A stretch of DNA of 64,000 bases, taken from NCBI GenBank assembly GCA_963724725.1, contig CAVRVT010000001.1, positions 942,407 through 1,006,406 of the forward strand, given 5' to 3'. This document shows, in pieces, positions 9,508 through 18,833 of this stretch. Below the pieces are notes generated by a model that had not been told where the DNA came from, ran no database searches, and worked only from the letters and a program-made list of their open reading frames with translations. Source of the DNA: an uncultured Acidobacteriota bacterium. Lineage in GTDB: Bacteria > Acidobacteriota > Vicinamibacteria > Vicinamibacterales > CAVVIG01. The translations under genes and the position numbers were made by a program. Positions within the stretch are counted from its first letter, which is position 1, and the number at the start of each line of letters is the position of its first letter.

Positions 9508-10107
9508 TTACGCGGCGACCCTCTGAAACAGCGCGACGAGATCGGTTTTCCACCGCATGGCCGGCCCTGGTACCGCTCCGACGTGGAGCATGCGGGTCAG
9601 CTCGGCGAGAGTGCCCTGCAGGCTCGCCGCCGCGATGTCGGGGTTTACTGCTGACCTGCCGCGGCGCGGTCGGGGCGCCAGGCTCATCAGTGACCGGGCC
9701 AGGCCAATCATGGTCTGTCGCCGGACGGTCGGCCCGGCCTGTGGCCAGAGGACGCGCGCGCTGTCGGACAGAAACGCCATCGCTTCCGGGTGCTCGTCCA
9801 CGAGCTCGAGGACTTGGCCGATGTACCCCTCCAGCTTGTCGTCGAAGCTTGTCGCAGCGACGATGGCGGCATTGCACTTGGTCCACAGACGTCGATGACA
9901 GGTCTCGAACAGATGCAGGGCCAACTCCTCCTTGCCTGCGAAGTGCTTGTACAGCGCGGGATTCGTGTAGCCGCTTTCCCGGGCGATGTCACGAATGCTC
10001 GTGGCGGCGAGGCCTTGCTCGCTGAACAGCTTCATCGCCGCGCGGAGAATTTGCCGCTTGGCCGGGGGATCGTCCTCGCGAACGTAGAAGGGAAGCATCG
10101 CAGCCAT
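9508..10107 (-). CDS. TetR/AcrR family transcriptional regulator
   Basis: N-terminal HTH (ILRAAMKLFSEQGLAATSIRDIARESGYTNPALYKHF) with a helical C-terminal ligand domain. Confidence 0.9.
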   Translation of the reverse strand: MAAMLPFYVREDDPPAKRQILRAAMKLFSEQGLAATSIRDIARESGYTNPALYKHFAGKEELALHLFETCHRRLWTKCNAAIVAATSFDDKLEGYIGQVLELVDEHPEAMAFLSDSARVLWPQAGPTVRRQTMIGLARSLMSLAPRPRRGRSAVNPDIAAASLQGTLAELTRMLHVGAVPGPAMRWKTDLVALFQRVAA

Positions 10108-10118
10108 CGTGTGATCAA

Positions 10119-10134
10119 GTTAGCATACGCTAAC
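10119..10134. promoter_or_regulatory. Putative TetR operator, copy 2 (GTTAGCATACGCTAAC)
   Basis: Same 6-4-6 palindrome, 12 nt upstream of the tetR start, in the divergent tetR/OMP intergenic region. The flanks are also shared (AGTTAGCAT..GCTAACCTA). Confidence 0.6.
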
Positions 10135-10205
10135 CTACGCGTCAACGCCGTCGAACCTGGGCGAGCCCGGCACGAACCGGCTGTCGGCCGGTGTAACCTA
10201 CCAAC

Positions 10206-10889
10206 ATGCCGCTCGGGTTCCTCCATGGCCTGCGGTCGAAAGGACCGACTGCCTGGCTGACGCTTCAAGCGTTACTGGCGCTCGCGACACCCGCGCGTGC
10301 GCAGTATGTCCAGATCGACTCGTTCGAGGTGACGCCGTTCGTCGGCCTCAGGTTTGGAGGGACTTTCGACGTGCGGGCGGAGGCGCCATCGCAGACTCAG
10401 GCCATCTGGAAAGACGCCTCGAGCTATGGTCTGTCTGCCGGTGTCCGTTTCGATGACTTCTCGATGATTGAGTTCCGATGGACGCGATCGACTTCGACGC
10501 TGCGGTTCGACGCGCCATTAGGACTCCTGGGCGCGTCGCTCGGAGACGTCACGTTGAACCAGTTTCACGCGGACTTCACGCGTGAGTTCGCCATCCCCGA
10601 AGTAAAAGGCCTCCGATCGTTTCTGACGGGAAGCGTCGGTGCCACGCACGTTGCCGCGGCGCACGATGGTTTCACGCGCTTCTCGTTCGGTTTCGGCGCC
10701 GGATTGAAAGAATTCCTGGGCTCTCGGTTCGCGATACGCGCCGAGGCGAAGTGGCTGCCCATCTTGATTGATCCAGAAGTGGGCGCATGGGCGTGTGGCA
10801 CGGTCGGAGTCGGTGGCTGTCTCGTGGTCCTGACTGGACCACTGACGCAACAGTTCGAACTCAGCGTCGGGCCGGTTGTGCGCTTCTGA
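10206..10889 (+). CDS. Outer-membrane beta-barrel protein
   Basis: Signal peptide ending ARAQ, alternating beta-strand pattern, and a C-terminal aromatic residue (..GPVVRF). Confidence 0.65.
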   Translation: MPLGFLHGLRSKGPTAWLTLQALLALATPARAQYVQIDSFEVTPFVGLRFGGTFDVRAEAPSQTQAIWKDASSYGLSAGVRFDDFSMIEFRWTRSTSTLRFDAPLGLLGASLGDVTLNQFHADFTREFAIPEVKGLRSFLTGSVGATHVAAAHDGFTRFSFGFGAGLKEFLGSRFAIRAEAKWLPILIDPEVGAWACGTVGVGGCLVVLTGPLTQQFELSVGPVVRF

Positions 10890-10959
10890 CGAACGGAGTG
10901 GCCCGGCGGGCCGGGTTCATTGAGTGCCGACGGCCGCGATTGGTATATGGTTTCTCCGC

Positions 10960-11898
10960 ATGCCGTCAATCGATCTGCGTAGGCGGGCACGCGTGCTGGG
11001 ATCCGGCATCGCGCTCTCTGGCGCGCTGTGTGTGTCGCTGACGGCGTTGCCCCAGCAGACTGTGGCGCCGCCGACGTTCATGAAGCCGGCGGATCTCAGG
11101 AAACTGCCGATGCCGCCAGCAGATCATCAGCTTGCCTACGGCGACGATCCCAACCAAATCGGCGAATTGCGACTCCCGCCTCGTCCAGCTCCGCATCCTG
11201 TTGTCGTGCTCGTGCACGGCGGATGTTGGCAGCCCGGAGCCGCGCGCTATCTCGCGGCGATGGGCGACACGTTGAAGAGCGACGGCATCGCCAGCTGGAG
11301 TATCGAGTACCGGCGGCTGGGCCAGCCTGGAGGCGGCTGGCCGGGCACGTATCTCGACGTCGGTCATGCCATCGATCACCTCCGCGGGCTCGCCGCGCCG
11401 TACACACTGGATCTCAATCGAGTGGTGGTGCTCGGCCACTCCGCCGGGGGACACCTGGCGATGTGGGCCGGAACGCGACAGCACATCGACGCGAAGAGTC
11501 CATTGTTCATCCCGCGACCGTTGCCGATTCGTGGCGTGATCAACCTGGCTGGCACGATCGACATGACTGCGAACATCTCTCACATGGAGGAGATGTGCCG
11601 CGGCCCGGTGGTCACCGACATGCTGGGCGGAACACCGACGGCCGTTCCTGACCGCTACAAAGAGGTTTCTGCGGATACGATGCTGCCACTTCGCGTTTCC
11701 CAGATCCTGATCTGGGGCGACCATGAGGACTACGTGCCGCAGCCGCTCGCGGAGCAGTACGTCAGCGCCGCGACACACGCCGGCGACCGGGCACGTCTCG
11801 TCCTGGTGCCGCAGGCCGGACACTTCGAGACCGCCAGCCCGTTCACCGCTGCGTGGCCGATTGTGCGCGAGGCGATTCGATCCTTGTTGTCGAACTGA
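10960..11898 (+). CDS. Alpha/beta hydrolase (esterase/lipase, HGG-type)
   Basis: HGGCW oxyanion motif, GHSAGG nucleophile elbow and a signal-like N-terminus from ATG 10960. Confidence 0.8.
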   Translation: MPSIDLRRRARVLGSGIALSGALCVSLTALPQQTVAPPTFMKPADLRKLPMPPADHQLAYGDDPNQIGELRLPPRPAPHPVVVLVHGGCWQPGAARYLAAMGDTLKSDGIASWSIEYRRLGQPGGGWPGTYLDVGHAIDHLRGLAAPYTLDLNRVVVLGHSAGGHLAMWAGTRQHIDAKSPLFIPRPLPIRGVINLAGTIDMTANISHMEEMCRGPVVTDMLGGTPTAVPDRYKEVSADTMLPLRVSQILIWGDHEDYVPQPLAEQYVSAATHAGDRARLVLVPQAGHFETASPFTAAWPIVREAIRSLLSN

Positions 11899-11909
11899 CA
11901 CAAACGTCA

Positions 11910-12908
11910 ATGAAACGAGCGCTGACCGTGCAGGCTGATCGTCGGGCGTTCCTGACCCGAATCGGCGCCCTCGCCGGCGCCGTACCGCTCGCGGGATTGG
12001 CTCGTCAGGCGGAGCCCCGCCGCGTCAGACGCATCGGCTTTCTGATCGGCGGCGAGCGCGCGCTCATCGACGCGTTCAAAGACGCGTTGCGCGCGCATGG
12101 TTACATTGAGGGGGAGAATCTCCGCCTCGAGCTGCGGATCGCGGCCGGTCCCGAGACTGCGAAGTACGCGCTGGAATTGGCGACGAGCGATCTCGAGTTG
12201 GTTGTCGCGGCCGCATTGCCGCAGGCGCTCGAGATTCGCAAGGCCAACCCGGCCATGCCCATGGTCATCGCGACGTGTCCGGGCATGATCAGCAATGGCT
12301 TCGCGAAGAGCCTCGATCATCCCGGCGGCAACATCACCGGCATGGACGAACTGCCACCCGGCGTCACCGCGAAGCGCTTGACCTTGCTGAACACCGCGGT
12401 ACCGAACATTTCGCGAATCGGGCTGCTGTCGACAACGCCGGGGCGCGGCGGCCATGAAGCGCAACTTGCCGAGGCGGAGCAGGCGGCAACATCGCTTGGA
12501 CTCAGCGTGAAAGCGTATCGCGTCGCGTCATTTGACGAACTGTCGCCGGCGCTCGCAGCGATTGTGGGCGACGGCATGAACGGGCTCGCCAACTTTCAGG
12601 GCGGACTGTCTCTCGCCAATCGAAAGTTGATCGTGGACTTCGCCGCCCAACAGCATTTGCCTGCCGTCTATCAGGCAACGCTGTTTGCCGAGGCGGGTGG
12701 CCTGATGGCGTGGGCTCCGAACCTGGAGGATCAGTTCCGGATCGCAGCGGGTTATGTCGACCAGATTCTCAAGGGCGCCAAGCCGGGTGATCTGCCGATC
12801 CGCCATCCAGCCCGATACTTTCTGACCATCAACGCGAGCGCCGCCAGGAATCTCGGGTTGATTCTTCCACCGGCGCTGCTCGCGGGAGCGGATCGCATCC
12901 TGCCGTAA
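11910..12908 (+). CDS. ABC-transporter substrate-binding protein (ABC_sub_bind family), orphan
   Basis: Twin-arginine-type leader (DRRAFLTRIGALAGA). The periplasmic binding fold has family-typical IGFL..ALPQALE..GGNITG stretches. No adjacent permease or ATPase. Confidence 0.7.
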   Translation: MKRALTVQADRRAFLTRIGALAGAVPLAGLARQAEPRRVRRIGFLIGGERALIDAFKDALRAHGYIEGENLRLELRIAAGPETAKYALELATSDLELVVAAALPQALEIRKANPAMPMVIATCPGMISNGFAKSLDHPGGNITGMDELPPGVTAKRLTLLNTAVPNISRIGLLSTTPGRGGHEAQLAEAEQAATSLGLSVKAYRVASFDELSPALAAIVGDGMNGLANFQGGLSLANRKLIVDFAAQQHLPAVYQATLFAEAGGLMAWAPNLEDQFRIAAGYVDQILKGAKPGDLPIRHPARYFLTINASAARNLGLILPPALLAGADRILP

Positions 12909-12932
12909 CCGAGCCATTGAGAAGCCGGCGCG

Positions 12933-13346
12933 CTAGTGTTCGCGGACAATCAGGGTACCGGTCATGCTGGGGTGAATGTCACAGTGGATTCTGGTCGTCC
13001 CCAGCTTGGTCATGGTGAACGACTGCTCGCCGCCGTTGGGGGGCAGCTCATCGGTCTTGCGAAAATCGGTCGCCTCCGGCGAATCGGCGACGATGTCGTG
13101 CGTGAGCGCGTCTGCGTTGACCCAGCGCAGGCGCTCGCCTCTGTAGATGACGATCGGCTCGTCGCCGAACGCCCAGTCGCCCAGCGAGACGGCGTTGGGC
13201 AGGATGTAGGCGCTGGCGGTCACGGGCGGGGTTGGGGGAGTTGGACCGGTCGGCGGCAGCCGCGACGAGTCGTTTCCGCAGCCGGCCATCCATAACGTGG
13301 TCAACGCCGTTACTGCGGGGAGCAATTGGCGTAGAGAGATCATCAC
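12933..13346 (-). CDS. Cupredoxin (type-1 blue copper) lipoprotein, amicyanin-like ligand loop
   Basis: Lipobox WMAGCG, an upstream His (ALTHDI) and a C-terminal CxxHxxM loop (HCDIHPSM). Confidence 0.75.
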   Translation of the reverse strand: MMISLRQLLPAVTALTTLWMAGCGNDSSRLPPTGPTPPTPPVTASAYILPNAVSLGDWAFGDEPIVIYRGERLRWVNADALTHDIVADSPEATDFRKTDELPPNGGEQSFTMTKLGTTRIHCDIHPSMTGTLIVREH

Positions 13347-13430
13347 GATCTATATATGTGCCACGGCGCGAAACTATTTCAGTGACGCGAACGCTGACAA
13401 ATCGAACAGTCGGGTTAGGACGAAAATCGC

Positions 13431-14399
13431 ATGGCCGTAATTGACTGGTTGCTCGATTCGGATCCCACCATCCGCTGGCAGGTGTTGCGCGATCTCGTCC
13501 ATGCGCCTGCTGAAGTCGTCTCGGCGGAACGCGCGCGGGTGGCGACCGAGGGCTGGGGTGCCAGACTGCTGGCGTTGCAAGATGAAGACGGCCAGTGGGC
13601 GGGAGGCGCGTGCTTCCCGGCGCGGAGCTTCAACTGGCGCGCCGAGAACCAGGGCCAGCCCTGGACCGCCACGCTCCCCACACTCCAGCTGCTGCGTGAT
13701 TTCGGGGTCGACCCAGGCGCTGACCGTGTGCGCCGGGCGGTGGCGCTGGTCAGAGACCGCTGCCGTTGGGAGCACGCCGGGCAGCCGTTCTTCAGCGGCG
13801 AGGTCGAGCCGTGCATCAATGGCAGGACCGTCGCGTTGGGCACCTACTTTGATCAAGATGTTGATGGCGTGGTCGCCCGCCTGCTTGGTGAGCAGCTCGA
13901 GGACGGCGGGTGGAACTGCGAGGCGGAGAACGGTTCCGTCCGCTCGTCGTTCGCGACCACGATCAACGTCCTCGAAGGCCTGTTGGCGCACGAGCGCGCA
14001 ACCGGTGGCTCTGCGGAATCCATTGCGGCTCGCCTGCGGGGTGAGGAGTACCTCCTCGAACGAAAGCTGGTTCGACGCAAGAGCACCGGCGACGTCGTCA
14101 ACCCAGCCTGGCTGCAATTCTCGTTTCCAATCCGCTGGCACTACGACGTGCTGCGTGCCCTCGAATACTTCCGCTCGGTCGGAGATGTGCCGGACTCGCG
14201 GATGGACGAAGCGATCGATTTGCTCCGATCCAAGCAGCAGCCCGATGGCACCTGGTTGCTGGAGAACACGCACCCCGGCAAGGTCCACTTTGCGCTCGAA
14301 GACGGCGACAGTCGGCCCAGCCGGTGGAACACGCTCAGGGCGCTGCGCGTCCTCGGCTGGTACTCAGGAGCCCGTCTGTTTACCGTACCGGCCTCTTAG
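13431..14399 (+). CDS. Prenyltransferase/squalene-oxidase-repeat (alpha/alpha-toroid) protein
   Basis: Three QxxDGxW-type repeats (QDEDGQW, QLEDGGW, QQPDGTW). Confidence 0.6.
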   Translation: MAVIDWLLDSDPTIRWQVLRDLVHAPAEVVSAERARVATEGWGARLLALQDEDGQWAGGACFPARSFNWRAENQGQPWTATLPTLQLLRDFGVDPGADRVRRAVALVRDRCRWEHAGQPFFSGEVEPCINGRTVALGTYFDQDVDGVVARLLGEQLEDGGWNCEAENGSVRSSFATTINVLEGLLAHERATGGSAESIAARLRGEEYLLERKLVRRKSTGDVVNPAWLQFSFPIRWHYDVLRALEYFRSVGDVPDSRMDEAIDLLRSKQQPDGTWLLENTHPGKVHFALEDGDSRPSRWNTLRALRVLGWYSGARLFTVPAS

Positions 14400-16165
14400 G
14401 GACGCCTGCCCTCGGGATTCGCGGCGCGCCAGATCTGGAATTGATCGATCGCGTCGGACTGCATCAGGATTTTCGACCAGGGATCGATCGTCACGGCCGA
14501 GCGCTCGCCCGCAGGCGTCTTGCCCGTGCCGTCGGTCATCGGCAGCGTCAACACCTTGCCGTCAACGCGCACGTCGAGCGGCATCGGGAACGGCAGATTG
14601 TCCGGCACCTGCCAGCGCACCTTGAGCGTCCCGTTCTCACGCGCTGCGATCACCTTGGGCAGGGCGGCGCGATACAAATAGACGTCGAAAAACCACTTGT
14701 AATCCTTGCCGGTGACGTCGTTCACGATCTTCAGATAACCCTGGGTGGTGCCGAACTGCGGCGTGAAGTTGCCGGGCCTGGGATCGGGACGGCCGTAGAC
14801 CAGCGTGCGGATCGACTTAAAGAAAGCCTCGTCACCGATCAGTTTGCGCAGCGTGTGGGCGACCCAGCTGCCTTTGGGATAGATGTCGCCGCGCGGGCCG
14901 GTCGGGTCGGCGTAGACTTCCTTCTCTGCACGTTCCCTTCCGGTGACGAGCGGCTGCTCATTGCGGATACCGGCACGCTGGGACTTGAGCTGCGCCATGT
15001 AGTCGATTTCGCCGCCGAGGTACTCCGCGATCAGAGGCTGTGCGTAGGAGCCGAGGCCCTCGTGCAGCCAGAGATCGTCGTAGTTCGCGACCGACAGCTG
15101 GTTGGCAAACCACTCGTGCGAGAACTCGTGATTCAACAACCAGTCCCACCCGAACATCGTTTTGGGATAGTTGTCGCTGTAGCCGATCAGCGTCTGGTTC
15201 TCGAGACCGGAATACGGCACTCGGATCACGCCCATCTTCTGGTCCGCCCACGGATATGGTCCGATCACGGTCTCCCAGAAATCGAGCGTCCGAGGGAATT
15301 CGGCGAAGAGCTCGGCCGCCGGCTTTTCCTCGCCCGGAAGATAGTAGAAACGCATGGGGATCGTGTTGCCGAAGCGGCTCTTGTAGTCGGCTTCCATAAC
15401 CTGGTACGGCCCGACGTCGAGTACCGAACCATAGGTGTGGATGCTGCGCGCGTGCCAGTTCCAGGTGGTCCACCCGTCCTTCTCGACCCTGCTGACCAAC
15501 GCGCCGTTGCCTGGCGCCATCAGCCCCGTGGGCACCGTGTAGTGAAGGTCGGACGTCGAGGGCTTGAGCGTCGGATGATCGAGGCACGGGTAGAGCAGAT
15601 CGCATCCGCCCCCCCAGAGCGAGGTGTCGATCCAGGGATATTTGCCGTCGGGCGTCTTCATCCAGGTCGTGCCGCCTTCCCAGGGCGGACGCTTCGCGAG
15701 CGGCGGGGTCCCCGCATAGACGACACGCGCTTCGAACTTCGCGCCGGCATCGAACGGCGTCGCGAGCGCGATGCGGAGCTGTCCCTCGGGATTGGAGTAA
15801 GCCGACGGCGCGATCTTCCTGCCGTCGATATCGATCTCGGAAACCGCGAACCTGGGAAATAGATCGAGGATCAGCGTTGTGATCGGCGTCTTGGTTCTGA
15901 GGCTCAGCGTCGTCACGCCCTCGATGCGGCGTTCCTCCGGGAAGACCTTCAGCGCGAGATCAAGATGATCGAAGATCAGCGCCAGTTGCTCGGCGGGCAT
16001 CGGGCCGCCCATCTTGCGGGTCTGGGCGGTGAGATATTTGGGATCGCTGGGATCGGTGACCGGCGCCGCCACCTGCCGTTGCGCGTGCGCTGCGGGAACC
16101 GGCGGGAGCATCGCCGCGCATATGATCGCCACCCAGATCGCCGCCTTGCGTTTTTGTCTCACCAT
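14396..16165 (-). CDS. M1-family zinc metallopeptidase (aminopeptidase N-like), secreted
   Basis: HExxH-x18-E motif (HEFSHEWFANQLSVANYDDLWLHEG). Signal peptide from ATG 16165; the track ORF starts at 16192. Confidence 0.85.
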   Translation of the reverse strand: MVRQKRKAAIWVAIICAAMLPPVPAAHAQRQVAAPVTDPSDPKYLTAQTRKMGGPMPAEQLALIFDHLDLALKVFPEERRIEGVTTLSLRTKTPITTLILDLFPRFAVSEIDIDGRKIAPSAYSNPEGQLRIALATPFDAGAKFEARVVYAGTPPLAKRPPWEGGTTWMKTPDGKYPWIDTSLWGGGCDLLYPCLDHPTLKPSTSDLHYTVPTGLMAPGNGALVSRVEKDGWTTWNWHARSIHTYGSVLDVGPYQVMEADYKSRFGNTIPMRFYYLPGEEKPAAELFAEFPRTLDFWETVIGPYPWADQKMGVIRVPYSGLENQTLIGYSDNYPKTMFGWDWLLNHEFSHEWFANQLSVANYDDLWLHEGLGSYAQPLIAEYLGGEIDYMAQLKSQRAGIRNEQPLVTGRERAEKEVYADPTGPRGDIYPKGSWVAHTLRKLIGDEAFFKSIRTLVYGRPDPRPGNFTPQFGTTQGYLKIVNDVTGKDYKWFFDVYLYRAALPKVIAARENGTLKVRWQVPDNLPFPMPLDVRVDGKVLTLPMTDGTGKTPAGERSAVTIDPWSKILMQSDAIDQFQIWRAANPEGRRP

Positions 16166-16201
16166 CTCTGCCACACCCGAGCCGAGCTCCACCGGTCAGC
16201 G

Positions 16202-16669
16202 TTAGCGCATCAGCCCTTCGAGTTGGAAGGCATGCCGAATCGGATGCATGACCGCATGCTCGAGCATCGAGTCGATACAGTACCGCGACTGCCATCGGGA
16301 CTGATACTCCGGCGTCTCGAGCCGATCATCGCCGACGTCGCGCAGTGGCGCGCGCCACTGCTCCAGCACGTGCTCCATGTAGCTGTCGGCTTCTGCGGCA
16401 AGGGCTGCCGGCTCTGGTGGTACGCGGATCTTCGGATCCGGTAACTCGAGCATCTCGCACATCCACGTCATGTAGCCGCGAGCGGCACGAAGGACATGGT
16501 GGAGCAGTGTCTCGAGCGACGCGTACGCGGGGTCGTCAGTCTTCGGTAGCACGACCGATGCGGCACGTGCCTGTTTCCAGACGACGAGGAAACGTCGGAG
16601 GTGTTCGTCGTGTAGAAGGACCAAGGCTCGAACAGCCCGAGAACGATACGCGAGAGCAGTTGATGACAT
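16202..16669 (-). CDS. DinB-family four-helix-bundle protein
   Basis: DinB-like helical pattern with conserved His positions (LLHHVL..MLEHAVMHPIRH). The start is ambiguous (16669 or 16717). Confidence 0.6.
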   Translation of the reverse strand: MSSTALAYRSRAVRALVLLHDEHLRRFLVVWKQARAASVVLPKTDDPAYASLETLLHHVLRAARGYMTWMCEMLELPDPKIRVPPEPAALAAEADSYMEHVLEQWRAPLRDVGDDRLETPEYQSRWQSRYCIDSMLEHAVMHPIRHAFQLEGLMR

Positions 16670-16707
16670 CGTGGCTACTGAGCTCCTTCGTTCGCTGGTC
16701 GGCAGCG

Positions 16708-17376
16708 CTACTTGCACGACATCAACGTCGGCGCAGCCTCGCCTTCCATCCTCGTCGTCGGCGGCTGCGAGGCATCGTAGACGATCACTGCCAAAGCGCG
16801 GCGCGGTGCGGGGCCCGTCGCGACGAGTCGCATCGCGACGCCGGCCGGAATCACGAGTGTGTCCCCTCTGTTCATGACATACGTGCGGTCAGCAGTCTCG
16901 AGACATTGCTGCCCGTCCGCAACGAAGAAGCCTTCGATGCCTGAATGATGATGAAACCGCGACGTCAGACCGGACGGGATGTACGCGGACATTGCGAGCA
17001 TCGAATACTTCTCCGCCGGCGGCAGCGGCGGCAGGGCCGCCGCACTTACATGCTGACCGCCGTGGTGGGCCGTCGCTGCGCGCTCGATTGTCATGAGCCA
17101 CGCGACACCATGCGCCGCGAACGCGATGCTGGCCGGACCAACCGCAGCTTTTGCGGCGTCCTCGGTTTCGAATCGATCGATGTGCCAGACCAGGGGCGCC
17201 CCGAGATCAGGCGGGAGCGGCTTGTTTTCGATCAGGCTGCAACCGATCTCCCCTCGACGTTCCGGCGAGTGTTCGACGAAGGCGGGCTCCAATTGCGCCC
17301 ACGCCATCCTCGCTGAAAGGATGAACATGATCGTGGCGCTCAGGGTCGCCGCCTGTATCGGGAACTTCGAGCTCAA
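16708..17376 (-). CDS. Secreted cupin-domain protein
   Basis: Signal peptide (..ARMAWAQ) and cupin motif HHHSGIEGFFVADG..GDTLVIPAG. Confidence 0.65.
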   Translation of the reverse strand: MSSKFPIQAATLSATIMFILSARMAWAQLEPAFVEHSPERRGEIGCSLIENKPLPPDLGAPLVWHIDRFETEDAAKAAVGPASIAFAAHGVAWLMTIERAATAHHGGQHVSAAALPPLPPAEKYSMLAMSAYIPSGLTSRFHHHSGIEGFFVADGQQCLETADRTYVMNRGDTLVIPAGVAMRLVATGPAPRRALAVIVYDASQPPTTRMEGEAAPTLMSCK

Positions 17377-17430
17377 TCGGTTGGCAGACAGTGTAACGGG
17401 CTGACCCGGGCGGGGAGAAGCCCAACACGC

Positions 17431-17772
17431 TTACTTGGGCGCTCCAGCGCTTGATTTCACGGTGACCTTCCCCTTGAGATTGAGACTGGTCAAGATCCGC
17501 TGGCCGTCAGTTTTGGTTCTCGCGGGTGTGTAGCCGGTGCAATTCCCATCCTTATTACACAGGATCATCGTGCCCTTGCTGCCAACCTCACAACCGTACG
17601 AGCCCTGGTCGCTGACGCCAAGGAGGTCCCCTCCTGCCGCATTGCACGCATTCTTGATCTCGTCCTTCGAATGCTTGCCGAGGTTGACCTCCGCCGCAAA
17701 GACCATTGGCGCGGCCACGAGTCCGATGAGGGCAACGATCGTCGTGCCGACGGCGATTCTCCATCTGTCCAT
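17431..17772 (-). CDS. Small secreted/anchored Cys-containing protein (hypothetical)
   Basis: 113 aa with an N-terminal hydrophobic segment ending FAAE. The mature part has 4 Cys. The gene is visibly more AT-rich than its neighbours. Confidence 0.55.
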   Translation of the reverse strand: MDRWRIAVGTTIVALIGLVAAPMVFAAEVNLGKHSKDEIKNACNAAGGDLLGVSDQGSYGCEVGSKGTMILCNKDGNCTGYTPARTKTDGQRILTSLNLKGKVTVKSSAGAPK

Positions 17773-17866
17773 CTGGTCCTCCCTATTCTGTCGTTCAACG
17801 AATAGTGAGTTGATGGGCCCGAGCGTTTCGGAAACGGCCCGCGCGGCGTCCGCCGATCACGTCGAG

Positions 17867-18832
17867 CTAGGGGAGTGCGTCGTACGCGTAAATGCTGCTG
17901 ACGTCGAGCACGTCGCGCGGCGTCGTGGTCGTGCCGAGCGGAGAGGCGATCGGGTCGTCGATTCGATGACCCTTGAGCTGCGCTCCGGCCGACATCGTCG
18001 GAACATACGTCCGGCCGTGGCTCTGTATCCACGATTCCCAGATGCGATCGACATTGCAGTGGTTGAGGTAGAACACCGGATCGTTCGGTGATGTGCCCGG
18101 CGCCATGTCTCCTCCGACCCAGACATGCACACGGTTGTGCAGCATCGGACTGCCGGAGGGGTCGCCCGTCCATCCTTCCACTCGATTGCGAAAGCCGTCC
18201 GAATCGGCGTCCCACTGGGCCGCATCGTTCGGCGTCAGTTGCAACGCGTCGTGCACATCTGTGGAGGTCGGCAACGTCGAGATGCCCGAGCTCGCGAACG
18301 ATCGTTCGAGACCACGGTTTGTCGTGCGAAGCTGACCGAACGCGTCCGATTCGATGCGCACTCGAAACGAAGCCGGGTCAGCCGCGGTGAACTTGAACGG
18401 GCCGGTCGTGATCGGCGTGCCCTGTCCGCCCACGCACGTCGCGGCCCACAACTTGGACTTTTTCTGTTTGGCTGGGGTCAGGTCGCCATCCGCCGCCCAA
18501 TCCCAGTATGGCAGACCAAACGTCGGGTCGTTCAGCACCCGCTGCAGGTTCGCTTCGAGCAGCATCAGCATGACGCGATGCCAGGGCAGAAAGATCGGCC
18601 CGCGATGCGCCGCATTGCGGCCGGCGGAGTTCCCGGGCGGCGTCATCGTCATCATCGTCCGATAGTGCCAGATGACGAAGAGGTCGTACGTGCTCACGGG
18701 CGCCGCCGGGCCAGCCATCGCGAAATCCGCAGTTGTTCGCCCGGAGGCTTCCTGTTTCAGCAGACGGACGCCTTGTCCGTATTGCGACCGCACCGTGGCG
18801 TTTTTCAGGATGTTGCGTCGTGTGGCGGCCAT
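17867..18832 (-). CDS. Tyrosinase (type-3 copper oxidase)
   Basis: CuA region HRGPIFLPWHR and CuB region HNRVHVWVGG...FYLNHCNVDRIW. AGAGGA Shine-Dalgarno sits inside the end of the upstream gene. Confidence 0.9.
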   Translation of the reverse strand: MAATRRNILKNATVRSQYGQGVRLLKQEASGRTTADFAMAGPAAPVSTYDLFVIWHYRTMMTMTPPGNSAGRNAAHRGPIFLPWHRVMLMLLEANLQRVLNDPTFGLPYWDWAADGDLTPAKQKKSKLWAATCVGGQGTPITTGPFKFTAADPASFRVRIESDAFGQLRTTNRGLERSFASSGISTLPTSTDVHDALQLTPNDAAQWDADSDGFRNRVEGWTGDPSGSPMLHNRVHVWVGGDMAPGTSPNDPVFYLNHCNVDRIWESWIQSHGRTYVPTMSAGAQLKGHRIDDPIASPLGTTTTPRDVLDVSSIYAYDALP

Positions 18833-18833
18833 C

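Noticed and set aside
13441-14625. 394-aa plus-strand ORF and 304-aa minus-strand ORF (13374-14288)
   Set aside because: They are alternative-frame and antisense shadows of the QxxDGxW-repeat gene at 13431-14399. Their composition is Arg/Ser/Pro-rich and unnatural.
14324-15862. 512-aa plus-strand ORF
   Set aside because: It is a shadow of the M1 peptidase gene, which carries the HExxH-x18-E motif on the minus strand.
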